A stretch of DNA of 64,000 nucleotides from Lytechinus pictus (taxonomy: Eukaryota), in the NCBI RefSeq assembly GCF_037042905.1, contig NC_087252.1, forward strand, positions 10,294,001-10,358,000. The letters run 5' to 3'. Below the pieces are notes generated by a model, which was given only the letters and a program-made list of their open reading frames with translations, made no database searches and had not been told where the DNA came from. Shown piece after piece: positions 53,501-63,473 of this stretch (position 1 is the stretch's first letter; the number at the start of each line of letters is the position of its first letter). The translations under genes and the position numbers were made by a program.

Positions 53501-56500
53501 ATGCTGGTCAAATTGAAGAAATGCTGCTATCACCGTCACAATAAAAGGCGATTACAACTGATAGCATGTCAGATCGTGCATAATCATTGCCCTTGCAACA
53601 TATTGAATTATCGTATGTATGGGTCCCGTTTCATAAAGACTTATTGAAATAACAAATTCACAATTTCTATAACAAATTTACTAACAGCCAATCAGATTGA
53701 AGGATTTTAGTAGCTTTTAACTATTATTGTAGATTTGTTGCTATAACATGTTTTTTAAACGAACCCCTGATTTTTTTCACAATTAATAACATTGATCCTT
53801 ACGTGCAATCCGATCATATCAATCAACTAGGTGATTAAGTGCTACGATTTTGTAAACAAATCCCAGATCTATTGGCTGACCAGTATTTCTGTTAAGGTCA
53901 CTACTTGAAGCAACACGTCCATGACTCACTTTATGAAGGTTACGTCTAGCAGGTGGCTGGAACAACCCTTCACTCGAGTTAAGGGGTCTGAAAGTACACT
54001 ATCTCGATTAAAAAATAAGTGTAAAATATACTTAACGAAATATAGGATATTTGTTGCGTGTGCGTGGAAGAGTATTTGTGTGATGGGTCCGAGTGTGTGT
54101 GATTGTTTGAAAAGTGTTTGTATTTATTTATATATTACTTGTTTCTATATATTCATATTTATCCTCATTTTGTATTATGTTGTTATGTATCTTATGTAAA
54201 GGGCCAACTTACATTAGCTCCGGCTACTCGTTGGTCCTAACCAGTTATATTATGTTTTGTACTTTATATAGATTTGTATTCTTGTTTTAATAAATGAAGT
54301 GAACAAAACTGAAATGGAAAACCATACCCGAGTATTATTTACAATGCAGCTGAACCTTTACCTTTAAATGAAATAGATTTGCAAATAATTTGTTTAACAA
54401 AGGCATCGCATATGCCGTATCGGAATGATAGGCGACCTTTCCTGGTATCTGTCCCAGATTTCCATGTTATATACAACACCATTGGATTATTAGCCACGTT
54501 CTCAATCTTTCATAGAATGATCAGGCGTAACACTTATGATATAACAAACTGACCGGTTTATACTTTTTAATAACCGCTCACGGCCACTGATCTATTTTCC
54601 GCACTCTTACACTGAAAAGGCCAGGTAAATCAAGGAAATCTGTCAAAAGGACAATAATTATTACGTGCAGATCTAGCTTTGTCCTAAAGTAACCGATATC
54701 GAATTTCGAAATGAGAGATTTCACGGATGTTAGGCCTGATTAATGCAGAAAATGATGATTGATTGATGAAAAAATACTTAATTCCAAATTCTAAATGATA
54801 ACAATAAAAAGTAAAGGCGAAATATATCAACATAATGAAATTAGTTGGGAACCTTATGGAAAGTATAGGTAATGACATATAATGTACGAATACAAAACTC
54901 AAGTTAAGGCAAGTCAAAGTAATGGTGCGAACGATACTAATAGGTCTAATGATATTGATGATATAATTTAGATAATGTTATTAATCAGATATGTTATGAG
55001 GCGACAATTTCGAAGGAGTTAAGTCTACATATCATGCAATAATTTGGGATAGATTCCTAGAGAGCAAAGCAAGAAAGTAAAGCGGGCGAGCCAACACAAA
55101 GATGTTTAGATGATTTTATAATAATTTTTGAGAATTCAAACCGGCATTTTTCAACATCTCTTTGGTTTTCATAAAGTCCTTAAGAGTGTTGCCACTGTTC
55201 AAGTCATAAAGCCTTTTTTCTCAGTCATGGAATTGGTTGCAAATTTTACGAAATAATACTTGTGTGTCGCGTTCTCATAAGCAATTATTACGTACATATT
55301 GGTTCGACCATGGACCTACTAGTAGGTCTAGTAGGTCCATGGTTCGACAAATTAACCTATTTCGTGTATCAGGTGTACAGCAGTCCTGACATTGCGGAAG
55401 TCAAGCAGTAAACTCCGACGATTATCTGCAATAAGATCATCTTTCACTCATCTTCTTCTTATTCAGCCTCCTGAAACCCCCCCCCCCTCCCCCATCCTCC
55501 TCATCCTACACTGTCAGACTATTAGAAAATTATCCTTAAAATGAAAGAAGTTCCTGCAGCAGAGTCTCGAGAACACCTGTAATCTTACCAGATTGCGTAA
55601 TCTTACAGGAAATTGGTATTTGGTGTATGGAACCTTACAAATTTCTTTAAACAAAACACCCTTTTCCCCTTGTTTAAACAGACCTGTTCTGTTAAATTGC
55701 AGAAAAATCCTGTTTTATGAATTTACAGAATGGTTCTGTTATTGCTTTCTGCAAAATCTTCTTCTTTTCTGTAAAATCAGGGTTTTTTCAAACAGTGTAC
55801 TCCTACCTTCCTAATTCGTCTTATTATCATCCTCCTGCTTCTCTTTCCCCTTCTTCTTCTCCTCCTTCTTCTTCTCCTTCTTGTCTTCTTCTTCTTCTGC
55901 TCCTCCTCCTCCTCCTTCTTCTTCTCCTTCTTCTACTTCTTCTTCTCCTTCCTTCTCATTCTTCTCCTTCTTCTCCTCCTAATCCATCATCTCATCCTCC
56001 TTCTTCTTCTCCTTCTCCTCCTAATCCATCATCTCAACCTTCTTCTTGATTTTCGTGCTCGGTTTGCAATCCGACAAAAATAATAAATTCTGCCATTTTA
56101 GGATCTATCATCGAAAAAAAAATTATCCTATAATTATTTCGAGCTGTTCATAAACATTATACCTATACACTTTCGTTAATGGTTTATTGTCAGTATGTTT
56201 CTAGATAGTCCTAAACTTTTTTTTCTTTTTTTGTAGGATGCTTTTGGCTGATTTCACCTCAGCCACAATCCTGATTTCGTTTGGTGCTGTGTTGGGCAAG
56301 ACATCCCCTCTTCAGCTTATCCTGATGGCCTTCTTCGAGGTCATCTTCTCCCTCGTCAACGAGTTCATTGCCGTCGAATATCTTGGTGTAAGTTTATGTC
56401 ACTTATTATGTAAATATAATATATTACCTGTACTGTCATCTTGTAAAAAATGAAAGTTGAAAATTAAGAAATCAGATCTCAGTGATGCACTGCAACAAAA

Positions 56501-59500
56501 AGACTACTATTAAGAATGGCTCTAGTCAGTGTTAAAATGATGCTCGGACCCTTAGTTGAGAATTAACAAATAGTGTTAAAATAATGTATATCTTTTTTCT
56601 TAAGTCAACCATGTGATCACACTGGGAACACTCATATTGTAGAGGTACCCACAGTATGGAATCGTTTTCACACTGGTAATGTGAACATTTTAACGGTGTG
56701 AATCACATCCTTACAAAGTCCTCTATGTGAATACATTGTGTGACTCTAATCTTAAGTAGTAAGGGGAGGGGGTATATTTTCTTTATGTATTTTCGAAAGA
56801 GATACAATTTATGATCCAAAAAAAATACACAAATAATTTATTTGCATAAATGTTTTAATAACTGTAATACAAATTTCTCATTGCTTCATTAGACTACCGA
56901 TATTGGTGGATCGATGTACGTACATACATTTGGGGCTTACTTTGGTCTATCTGTCTCCCTATTGGTTACTCGCCAAGCTGGTCGTGAAAGCCCGAAAGAG
57001 GGAGCCGTTTATCACAGTGATCTCTTCGCCATGATTGGTACGTTTCTTGCGACATTGCGCATTTATAATAGCAAAAAGTTCAGTTATACAACGATAAAAA
57101 AATCATGGTATTTTTACACTAATTTCTTTTGTTTTGTTTTACTCTCGGATAGAGCATGATGGAAACAATGTCGTTCAGACGTTTTTTTTTTCTTTTGTGG
57201 AGAGATGAGTGAGGCTAAAACTTGCCCTATCCACAAGATTTAAAATTTATCACAACCATGATCTCCTCTCCACCCATTCTTGCTAATAACAATTATTTAC
57301 CTCCAGGAACCCTATTTCTGTGGATATTCTGGCCAAGCTTCAACAGCGCCCTCGGCGACGACGACCAGCGCCACCGTGCCGTCCTCAACACCTACTTCTC
57401 CCTCGCTGCATGCTGTGTCACCACGTTTGCCATCTCCAGTTTGCTCAGCAAGAAAGGAAAGTTCGACATGGTAATCAACGAGTTCTTATGGCAATTGCAA
57501 ATTCCAATCACAAATTCAAGTTCAAATTATTCAAATTCATTTCCAATTCAATTTCAAATCCAAATCCGTCTTCATATTCAAATTCTATTCCACATTCAAA
57601 TTAAATTCGAAATCTAAATTCAATTTCATTTCAAATTCCAATCCAATTTCCATTTCTTTCCCAATTTCAAAATTCAAATTATACTTATTCGAGCTTTATT
57701 TAAATTCGAATTCAATATCAAATTAATAATTGCATTTCATTACAACTTCAACTGTGGTTGTTTATTTGAATTCGAATTTGAATTTTCCATCAAATCTGTT
57801 GTTATCAACAGGGATATTTGGAAGAAAATCGTCGTTTTTTATTACAAGAGATAACCTAACCTATACACAGGCCATCTGTAAGGCCACTTTTTCTGTTTCT
57901 CGTGGGTGGCCTTTATAAAATAATAGACAGGTTACTGTCATGCATTCGTTTGAAAAAACGTGAAAATTGTCCTCGAACTGTTGAAAAATAGTTTTACAGA
58001 ATAGTGCATAACATGAAATTGATTGTCTTTTCTCCCGGTCCCAGGTCCACGTTCAGAATGCTACTCTCGCCGGAGGTGTTGCCGTTGGAACTGCTGCCAA
58101 TTTGATGATCCAGCCATGGGGTGCGATCCTTATCGGAGTGGTCGCTGGTGTCCTTTCTACCTTCGGATACAAAGTCATCCAGGTAATGCGAATTTTGATT
58201 GGCTGCGCTAGGGGGAGGGCAACTACCCCCCCCCCACCCTTCTGCCCTTTCCCTTTGATTTGTTTTCAAGCAGAAAGGAAACACATGCTGATGTGAAACT
58301 TGTTGTTAAATGCCATCTAGTCGTTCTCGACTCCTGGTGACCCCAAGGACAATATTTCTCTATCCTATGCAAGCATGTTCAGTCCTGTCAATGATTTACC
58401 AGTTTCTTAGGTAATTCCTTCCAGACATCTATTCCCGTATCTTCTGCTACTCCTTTGCATTTGCCCTCTACCTTCCCAAGCATAATATCCGAGGTTCTAA
58501 CAGGGAATTGCTTTAGTTGTTTCTTTTTATTGTTAAATGTCTTTCCAAACATCTATTCCCGTATCTTCTGCTACTCCATTAAATTTGCATTGCACCTTGC
58601 CAAGCCTGATATATGAGGTTCTACTGGGAATGAATGCTTGCGAAATGTTTATGTGCAGGATTGTTATAGAGCGCTGACTCCTGACAGACCAAGTCTACTA
58701 CCTGTCTCCAGCGCCATACCATCGATCGGTTGGGAGTCGGTTTCGTTGATGTGACTGTAGCATTACTTCAATAAAATCTGCCATTTTTTATCCATCTTCT
58801 TTTTTTCTCCCATGCAGCCATTCCTCTGTGAGAAGTTTGGTCTCCATGATACCTGTGGAGTACACAACCTCCATGGCATGCCTGGTATCCTAGGAGGACT
58901 TGGTGGAATCGTTGCTTGTGCTCTTGCTTCTGAAGCCGTTTATGGTGATAGGTAAGAATCCGAGAATTTCTGCTATCTGGCTATTGGCCGATCAATGGTC
59001 ACCTACATCATGCCTATGGGGATTTCTTGCGGCAGTGAGAGAAGATTGGAAAATGAGTTCGTTTCGTTTGGTGAGCTTTCCAACTGAGACTTCCACGGAA
59101 GCTTTAGAATGCCATCGACTTGAACAGGTGGCGAGATATTTTCTTGTTTGTTATTATGCCTCTTCGACTAAAAATGATAATGTATATGTAATAAGTGTCT
59201 TTGTTATGTTGACATGAGGAAAGAAATAATTTGCTGTTTTATTCACAGTGTGTATCGATATAAATGTGCTTGAAATGTAGTGCGCAATTGTGCATCATAA
59301 CATTTACCATGCCAAGTCGGCCCCAAAAAAGTTGACATGGCGGGAAATGATATCTTGTCAAGTTGACATAATATATCAACTTGGCAAGATAGACAATTTG
59401 TAGAAATTCATGAAAAAGAGATCTTTCCAAACAAATGCCAGCGCCTGAAATATGTTATTCATATCTGAAAAAACCGGACATTTTATGCAACTTTTGCAAT

Positions 59501-61927
59501 CATAAACAAGATGTTTGTTTGTTTTTTTCAGAACAAACTACGATGAAAGCTCAAAGCGGTATTGTGTGGACTATGACATTGTGAACATATTGTGATTACT
59601 TCTCTTAAATTGCTGAAATAATGGTGACTTCCCGATTTGTTCCATCATTATGCGACACAGTGCTTGACACTTTGTTATTTCTAGCAGGGTTAAAGTATTG
59701 GGAAATCCTATCAAATATTGTTTCTTTGTTTTTGTGTTTTTTCCAGTCTTCCGGATGTCTTCGGCGATCGCTTCGAGGATCCCCCAGCAGATTCAACAGC
59801 CAAAGCACCCATCGAGGTCCGCGATGCTGGTCAACAAGCCCTGATGCAGCTTGCAGCCTTAGTCATGACCCTCGCCATAGCCATCGTCTCAGGACTCTTC
59901 ACAGGTACTTAAACTTTATTTACTTTAATCATCAATATGCTCAATTTACACCTACCAACCCGATCCAAATTGACCAATGATGATGAGTTATCATTATAAG
60001 GACTGGTGTCTTTTCTCAGTAGGTAGAGCGTCCGTCTCACAACCAGGAGATCGGTAGTTCAAACCCCGGCCGCGGGAGTTGCTGCAACCCTTTTTGGCGT
60101 TCAACAATTTAAGGGATAGAGCACCGTCTATCTGGCGCTGCACAGCGGCTGCCGGGTCAACGATCAGTTGAAAAAAATTGAAGTAGTTCTATTTCAGATT
60201 TATTTTACAGATTTGTATTTCGAACGATAAAATATGGATTGTCATTTATCATGTCATACGAACTGGGCATTGTGACGTATATGCTTGCAATCCTGGTTAC
60301 AAATTAATGCAGATATTCGAGATTCGACCCTTGCATGGTCACGTCTTTCGTATGGTGTCGTTAAAGGTCGGTCCCTGACTTAAATATTCATATCTGATTG
60401 ATACACATCTTTGACAACTCAATCACACACGCACATGGACACCCGCAGACACACGCACACCCTCACACACACACACACACCCTTTTGAAATAACTTTTGT
60501 CTGAGTGGCTAAGGTCTGATTCGTTGGTGTGACTAGGCCTTAATTGCCTGATAGGATCACAAATTAGTTATTGAACAGGGCAAACGTATGTATATCTTCT
60601 ACCTCTGAATTACCTTGCATCAGTGTTCTAGTTGCTATTGAAATTATGCATTTGTGTTACGGTAATAGCTGAGCGATATTGAGAGAGTTGATATCCAAAC
60701 CATTGTGGCTGCGCATGTGGGATTTTTGTTGTGGCTTTTGACGTTGTTTTGTTTACGTGAGTTTGAAGTTCAGATAGGAATTGATTTCCTGTTTTCTTTG
60801 AGCTAATGAATACCAACGTATTTTCACAGGTGATATACACGTGAGAAGATTGTGACACACTTTAACTGTTTATGCACTTTACATCATTCCTGTTTATTTG
60901 CACTTGATCAATCCCGGGGATCAATCTAATCCAACAAGTTCGCACAAGGGGCAAAATAACCGAACGTTTCCTCGCGCCATCAACTCTATTGATTTTTCTT
61001 TCATTTTATTTTCTTTTGATGGACTCCCACGCCCCTGGGAGATGATAAAGTACAGTTACACATGACCTAATGGAAGTTATGAAGTGGTGGATTGTCGGCC
61101 AAAATTGACTTTCTTCCAAAGTATGACTTTATTGATTGAGAATAAATTATGCACTCTGTCATAACGATGCGATTAAGCAGTAAAATATATGTTTTCAATG
61201 GTGATAAATGAAATGATTGACGACTGGTGTATCTATCTTATACTGAAGGTGATAACATCTGACTTAGGAATGTTTGGCCTGCCCTGTTTTATTTTTTTTA
61301 ATAAGATTTCATGTTTTTTCATGAAAAGGGAAAGGATGTGTTCAAATGAAATAATTCAGTCGGGCCTCTTACAACAATTTGCAATTACTGGGAATCGTTT
61401 TATTCCTAATAGACATTCTGCAAAAAAATGAATCCGTTGGCTCTATCATTTGGCATTAAAATAGGGGCATACGCTTTGCTCCAGCAGATACAAGCACTTC
61501 TGGAAAACATTACTATTTACTACTATTTTTGTACCGAAATGATATACGGATAAATATGTATTTAGCTCATCTGTCAGTAAAAAAATATCAAATTCAAGAT
61601 TGCATGATGTATTATTATCTGTGTTTTTTTTTTATACTTTTCTCTCGTAATTTAATTGATTTGTTTCCATCTTCTTAATCTTTTTTACACACACAATTTT
61701 GTCATTGATAAATATATAAACTATGTAATATATTTGTTTCTTTGATGGTAATCTGTTGATTTATTTATTTAGTCATTCATTATTATTCATTTTAGTTAAT
61801 CCTTTTTAGTTCATTTATCCATTTTATTAATTGTTATGCATTAATCACAGGTCTTATTCTCCGCTGTGTCCCAGGCCTAGACGCTCTTAGCGATGAGAAA
61901 GTGTTCGAGGATGAATATTTCTGGGAG
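8867..61927 (+). CDS. Rh50: Rh50-family ammonium/ammonia transporter (RhAG/RhBG/RhCG-like, SLC42), 3'-incomplete; join(8867..9020,28491..28683,56237..56387,56893..57037,57307..57470,58045..58182,58818..58951,59747..59904,61851..61927)
   Basis: Nine exons with GT-AG ends and consistent intron phases (1,2,0,1,0,0,2,1,0) give 438 uninterrupted codons. Rh motifs present: [85 protein letters not shown]. Paralog-level orthology cannot be assigned by eye. Confidence 0.95.
9605..9935. repeat. Degenerate (GAT/GGT)n microsatellite
   Basis: Long ATG/GTG triplet run; accounts for the poly-M/H/I ORFs in the track. Confidence 0.95.
11704..11909. mobile_element. Palindromic MITE, degenerate CACT-type ends
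   Basis: AAAACAAATCGGTCAAA...GTCAGCTGGGTGCAACTG is mirrored by CAGTTGCACCCAGCTGAC...TTTGACTGATTTGTTTT. Confidence 0.65.
13340..13616 (+). mobile_element. CACTA/EnSpm-like MITE, family C, copy 1
   Basis: CACTGTT...AACAGTG ends, 2-bp TSD AA; homologous to 55509-55797. Confidence 0.8.
13848..14353 (+). mobile_element. Kolobok-like non-autonomous element, family K1, internally deleted
   Basis: TTAA|AGGTCAAGTCCACC ... GGTCCT|TTAA; homologous to 50743-51333. Confidence 0.8.
14675..15090. mobile_element. PIF/Harbinger-like MITE
   Basis: ~40-bp TIR AGGCCACCGCACACCTTACGACTGGCCTGCGACCCGATTT mirrored at 15052-15090; 3-bp TSD TTA. Confidence 0.85.
15656..15689 (-). ncRNA. Minimal type I hammerhead ribozyme motif (Penelope/retrozyme type)
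   Basis: Minus strand reads ATC-CTGATGA-A-GGGC(ATGT)GCCC-GAAA-GC-TT-GAT: both core boxes, 4-bp stem II, palindromic AAGCTT stem III, only 3-bp stem I. Confidence 0.65.
15956..16486. mobile_element. PIF/Harbinger-like MITE with nested internal palindromes
   Basis: TTA|AACCCTTTTTACACA...TGTGTAAAAAGGGTA|TTA; internal repeats TAACCCCGTACTAT / ATAGTACGGGGTTA in both orientations. Confidence 0.85.
16609..16648 (+). ncRNA. Minimal type I hammerhead ribozyme motif with one stem III mismatch
   Basis: AGTCG-CTGATGA-GCC(TTAG)GGT-GAAA-CAGTCT-ATA-CGACT: 5-bp stem I, 3-bp stem II, both core boxes; AATAAA follows at 16671. Confidence 0.7.
17325..17592 (-). mobile_element. tRNA-derived SINE, near full length
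   Basis: Minus-strand head GGAGCGTTGTGGCCCAGTAG (A box) ... GGTTCGAATCCC (B box); core ACTCAACCCAGGTGAGGTAAATGGGTACC; LINE-like tail GCGCCTTGAGCACC...AATAAATA. Confidence 0.85.
17685..18252. mobile_element. MITE with CCCGGG termini and 8-bp TSD
   Basis: TIR core GAGTGGATACCATGCGCGACC / GGTCGCGCATGGTATCCACTC; perfect TSD GTATAAAT at 17677-17684 and 18253-18260. Confidence 0.9.
19126..21089. mobile_element. Non-autonomous hAT-like element with an internal ~110-bp tandem array
   Basis: Ends CATTGGCGGCGG / CCACCGCCTATG; TSD GATACAAG / GATACAGG; repeated units containing GCGAGCGCGAAGCGCGAGC between ~19400 and ~20600. Confidence 0.8.
21628..22504 (+). mobile_element. Harbinger-like MITE interrupted by another insertion
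   Basis: CCACCCTTTCACA...TGTGGAAAGGCC ends; a shorter homologue lies in inverse orientation at ~42889-43080; unrelated sequence at ~21840-22340. Confidence 0.6.
26950..27354. mobile_element. hAT-like MITE (CAGTGGCGTA-type ends)
   Basis: CACTAGCGTACCTA / TAGGTACGCCACTG ends; TSD ATTGAAGG / GTTGAAGG; internal repeats CCTGACGAGCTTGAAG. Confidence 0.8.
28491..28683 (+). CDS. Rh50: Rh transporter coding exon 2
   Basis: Pyrimidine tract and CAG acceptor; (Y)[47 protein letters not shown]...VSVQ(S); donor GTAAGT at 28684. Confidence 0.95.
30260..30717. mobile_element. hAT-Charlie-like MITE
   Basis: Perfect TIR CAGCGCTTCTCAA / TTGAGAAGCGCTG; perfect 8-bp TSD CTCTAGTG with the central TA typical of Charlie/Buster targets. 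Confidence 0.92.
31301..31469. mobile_element. Palindromic CACTG-ended MITE
   Basis: CACTGTAAAAAATGAAG...CTTCATTTTTTACAGTG; hairpin along nearly its whole length. Confidence 0.8.
32620..32851. mobile_element. Degenerate hAT-like MITE (CAGTGGCGTA ends)
   Basis: CAGTGGCGTA...TACGCCACTG; partial TSD (..GAAAT). Related decayed copies at ~29150-29440, ~33350-34280 and ~50320-50586. Confidence 0.6.
36220..36895 (+). repeat. Degenerate ~160-170 bp tandem array, 3-4 units, probably a transposon remnant
   Basis: The unit ATTCTCATGAAATTTG...CACACATTGG...GTTGCCATGGTAA recurs at ~36221, ~36385, ~36546 and ~36700. Confidence 0.65.
37708..38104. mobile_element. PIF/Harbinger-like MITE
   Basis: Perfect TIR TACCCCTTTCATAAACCCAATAAA; TAA/TTA flanks; internal TTATCCGCAT repeats in both orientations. 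Confidence 0.85.
38966..42874 (+). mobile_element. Full-length hAT-superfamily DNA transposon in Rh intron 2
   Basis: Perfect 12-bp TIR CAGGGTTCCCAC / GTGGGAACCCTG; flanks TGTATG / TGTACG; subterminal GTCATGGAA repeats at both ends; encodes a transposase. Confidence 0.92.
39604..42002 (+). pseudogene. Disrupted hAT transposase (~798 codons when repaired)
   Basis: N-terminal BED-like zinc finger (AFCMAC...SHMKRKTH), VSFDE (first D), SMDGPNVN (second D), CGLH (CxxH), [10 protein letters not shown] (catalytic E), and a K/E-rich C-terminal tail. Lesions: in-frame TAA at 40735-40737 and a 2-nt frameshift near 41609. Confidence 0.9.
44228..44462. mobile_element. CACTG-type palindromic MITE, family D, diverged
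   Basis: Homologous to 52362-52595 (GTGTTGATTTAACACC...CCACACCAGAGAAG). Confidence 0.7.
46198..47889. mobile_element. TU-like foldback transposon with 15-bp tandem arrays in its inverted ends
   Basis: (AAAATGGCAGAGGTA)n at 46208-46391 mirrored by (TACCTCTGCCATTTT)n at ~47650-47880; GG...CC ends; TSD ATTTGCTT / ATTTGCTA. Confidence 0.85.
47052..47516. mobile_element. Kolobok-like MITE, family K2, nested in the TU-like element
   Basis: TIRs AGGGGGAAATTCACCCTGAC / GTCAGTGTGAATTTCCCCT with degenerate TTAA flanks. Related pieces at ~4195-4360, ~27641-28417 and ~50680-51655. Confidence 0.7.
50743..51333 (+). mobile_element. Kolobok-like non-autonomous element, family K1, full length
   Basis: TTAA TSD on both sides; AGGTCAAGCCCACCCC...GGGGTGGACATGTCCT ends with long imperfect TIRs; nested in a family K2 copy. 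Confidence 0.85.
52362..52595. mobile_element. CACTA/EnSpm-like palindromic MITE, family D
   Basis: CACTGCAAAAACTCCGGTGTTGATTTAACACCAGCCCGGAATCTAT mirrored at the right end; 2-bp TSD CA. Confidence 0.88.
52654..52986. mobile_element. MITE, superfamily unassigned
   Basis: TIR CCGTTCTTGGTCACGTGTGTGA / TCACACACGTGGCCAAGAATGG; TSD unclear. Confidence 0.6.
52995..53112 (+). mobile_element. Degenerate tRNA-derived SINE head
   Basis: A-box-like GTGGCCGGGTGG and B box GGTTCGATTCCC, followed by CCCTTGAGC...GCATTTTATCCACATTG. Confidence 0.6.
55309..55341. mobile_element. 33-bp P-element-like mini-transposon
   Basis: Perfect 14-bp TIR CATGGACCTACTAG, 5-nt spacer, perfect 7-bp TSD GTTCGAC. Confidence 0.8.
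55509..55797 (+). mobile_element. CACTA/EnSpm-like MITE, family C, copy 2
   Basis: CACTGT...ACAGTG ends, TSD TA; shares AAAGAAGTTCCTGCAGCAGAGTCTCGAGAACACC and most internal sequence with copy 1. Confidence 0.8.
55845..56048. repeat. (CTT/CCT)n polypyrimidine simple repeat
   Basis: Visible directly; accounts for the poly-L/S/P ORF. Confidence 0.9.
56237..56387 (+). CDS. Rh50: Rh transporter coding exon 3
   Basis: T-rich tract and TAG acceptor; [50 protein letters not shown]; donor GTAAGT. Confidence 0.95.
56893..57037 (+). CDS. Rh50: Rh transporter coding exon 4
   Basis: TAG acceptor; [22 protein letters not shown]...YHSDLFAMI(G), containing the first pore His; donor GTACGT. Confidence 0.95.
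57307..57470 (+). CDS. Rh50: Rh transporter coding exon 5
   Basis: CAG acceptor; [54 protein letters not shown]; donor GTAATC. Confidence 0.95.
57495..57790. repeat. Degenerate (TTCAAA)n hexamer repeat in intron 5
   Basis: Repeated TTCAAA / TTCAAT / TCCAAT units. Confidence 0.75.
58045..58182 (+). CDS. Rh50: Rh transporter coding exon 6
   Basis: CAG acceptor; [46 protein letters not shown]; donor GTAATG. Confidence 0.95.
58818..58951 (+). CDS. Rh50: Rh transporter coding exon 7
   Basis: CAG acceptor; [44 protein letters not shown], containing the second pore His; donor GTAAGA. Confidence 0.95.
59747..59904 (+). CDS. Rh50: Rh transporter coding exon 8
   Basis: CAG acceptor; (S)[52 protein letters not shown](G); donor GTACTT. 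Confidence 0.92.
60001..60170 (+). mobile_element. Degenerate tRNA-derived SINE
   Basis: CTCAGTAGGTAGAGCG (A box / D arm) and GTTCAAACCCCGGCCG (B box), then a SINE-like body GTTGCTGC...GGCGTTCAAC...AAGGGATAGAGC. Confidence 0.6.
61851..61927 (+). CDS. Rh50: Rh transporter coding exon 9
   Basis: CAG acceptor; (G)[25 protein letters not shown], matching the conserved Rh FED-x-x-x-WE C-terminal motif; donor GTCAGT. Confidence 0.9.
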
Positions 61928-62806
61928 GTCAGTATCGTCACCTATTGTTAAATTGATTATTTATGTGTTTATATGTATAGCCTAATGATATTGCAGTGCA
62001 GCCATCTATCGCTAAATTATCACGGTTTGATTAATCGAATATGTTTTATACACATAACTCCTATTCTTCCAAAACTAACAATCAAGTAGCTTTCTATTTG
62101 GGACCCAACTTCTGTAAAAAAAGAAAAACAAAATAATAATAAAAGGGCATAATATTCCGCAGTTCACCATCTTCCCATCTTGTGCATGCGCGTAAATGTA
62201 TTTTGGCCACATTGGGCGTCACATAGGCATGTAATTTGCGTTGCCAATCTAAAGGCGCCTAACTTGAAAAAAATCTATATAAACAATGGTAAATGTGCAA
62301 AGTCAAGATCATTCTGGATTTATCGTATAAGTCATGTATGCAAAGTCCTTTATTATTTATAAGTATTTAATCATTTCAGTGATTACTTGACTTTATAATA
62401 ATGTTAAACAGAGTTGTATTCATTCTTTAGCACTTCCATATTTCTGTGATGTCGTAAGTGGGACTTTTCAGACTAAAGGATCATTATCATGGAATCTTAA
62501 TGGAAAGAAAATGAAATCTTACTCTTTAATAATATTGTCATAATATTGTCTAACATCCAGTCCTATATTCATGTTAAAATTCTGCAACATGTTTTTAACC
62601 AAAAATATCAACAAAAGCTAGATGTATGAAATACTACGTGATAATTCGCGAAATTGGTTTGTCTTTTTCAATTTTGCTAAATAAATGAATATGTATGTTG
62701 ATGACCTATATTTATTATTCTTTTTTACAGATAATTTCTTGTTTGTAGTTAATGTAGAAGAAACTAATGGAAATTAATTGAATATGTCAGTAACATTTTC
62801 AATTAA

Positions 62807-63410
62807 AGGACAAGTCCAACCCAACAAAAAGTTCTTTTGAATAAAAAGAGAAAAATCCAACAAGCACAACACTGAATATTTCATCGAAATCGGATGTAAA
62901 ATAAGAAAATTGTGACATTTTAAAATTTCGCTCAATTTCACAAAACAGTTATATGCATATCCTGATCTGTATGCAAATGAGGGGACTGATGACGTGATCC
63001 ACTCACTATTTCTTTTGTATTTTATTATGTGAAATATGATATGTTTTCAATTTTCCTTCATTGTCATGTGAAAGAAAGTTTTATTCCTCTCTGAACATGT
63101 GGAAGTACCATTTAAAAAATATTTTATGGTTCAGTCAAGTTGGTCCTTATTGTCAAAGTTGTGAAAAATGAAATATTGTATATTTCAAACAATAAAAAAA
63201 CAAAAGAAATAGTGAGTGGGGATATCATCGACTCTCTCATTTGCATGTCACTGACTTGTTCATATAACGATTTTGTGAAAAATAAGCGAAACTTTAAAAT
63301 GTCATAACTTTCCTATTTTACATCCGATTTTGATGACATTTTCAGCGTTATATTTGTTGGATTTGTCTATATTGAGTCAAATCAAAAATTTTATGGGGTG
63401 GACTTGACCT
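62807..63410 (-). mobile_element. Kolobok-like non-autonomous element, family K1, opposite orientation
   Basis: TTAA|AGGACAAGTCCAACCC...GGGGTGGACTTGACCT|TTAA. Confidence 0.85.
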
Positions 63411-63473
63411 TTAAAAAATATTATTAAAAAAAGTATTGTGCCCTTTCTCCCCACTTGTTATTGTGTATTCACA

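Noticed and set aside
55717..56049. Poly-Leu, signal-peptide-like ORF
   Set aside because: Derived from a MITE end plus the (CTT/CCT)n repeat.
62400..62790. Candidate terminal Rh exons after AG at 62410, 62471, 62730 and 62748
   Set aside because: They give short peptides with no Rh-like C-terminal character; the last exon is more likely beyond 64000.
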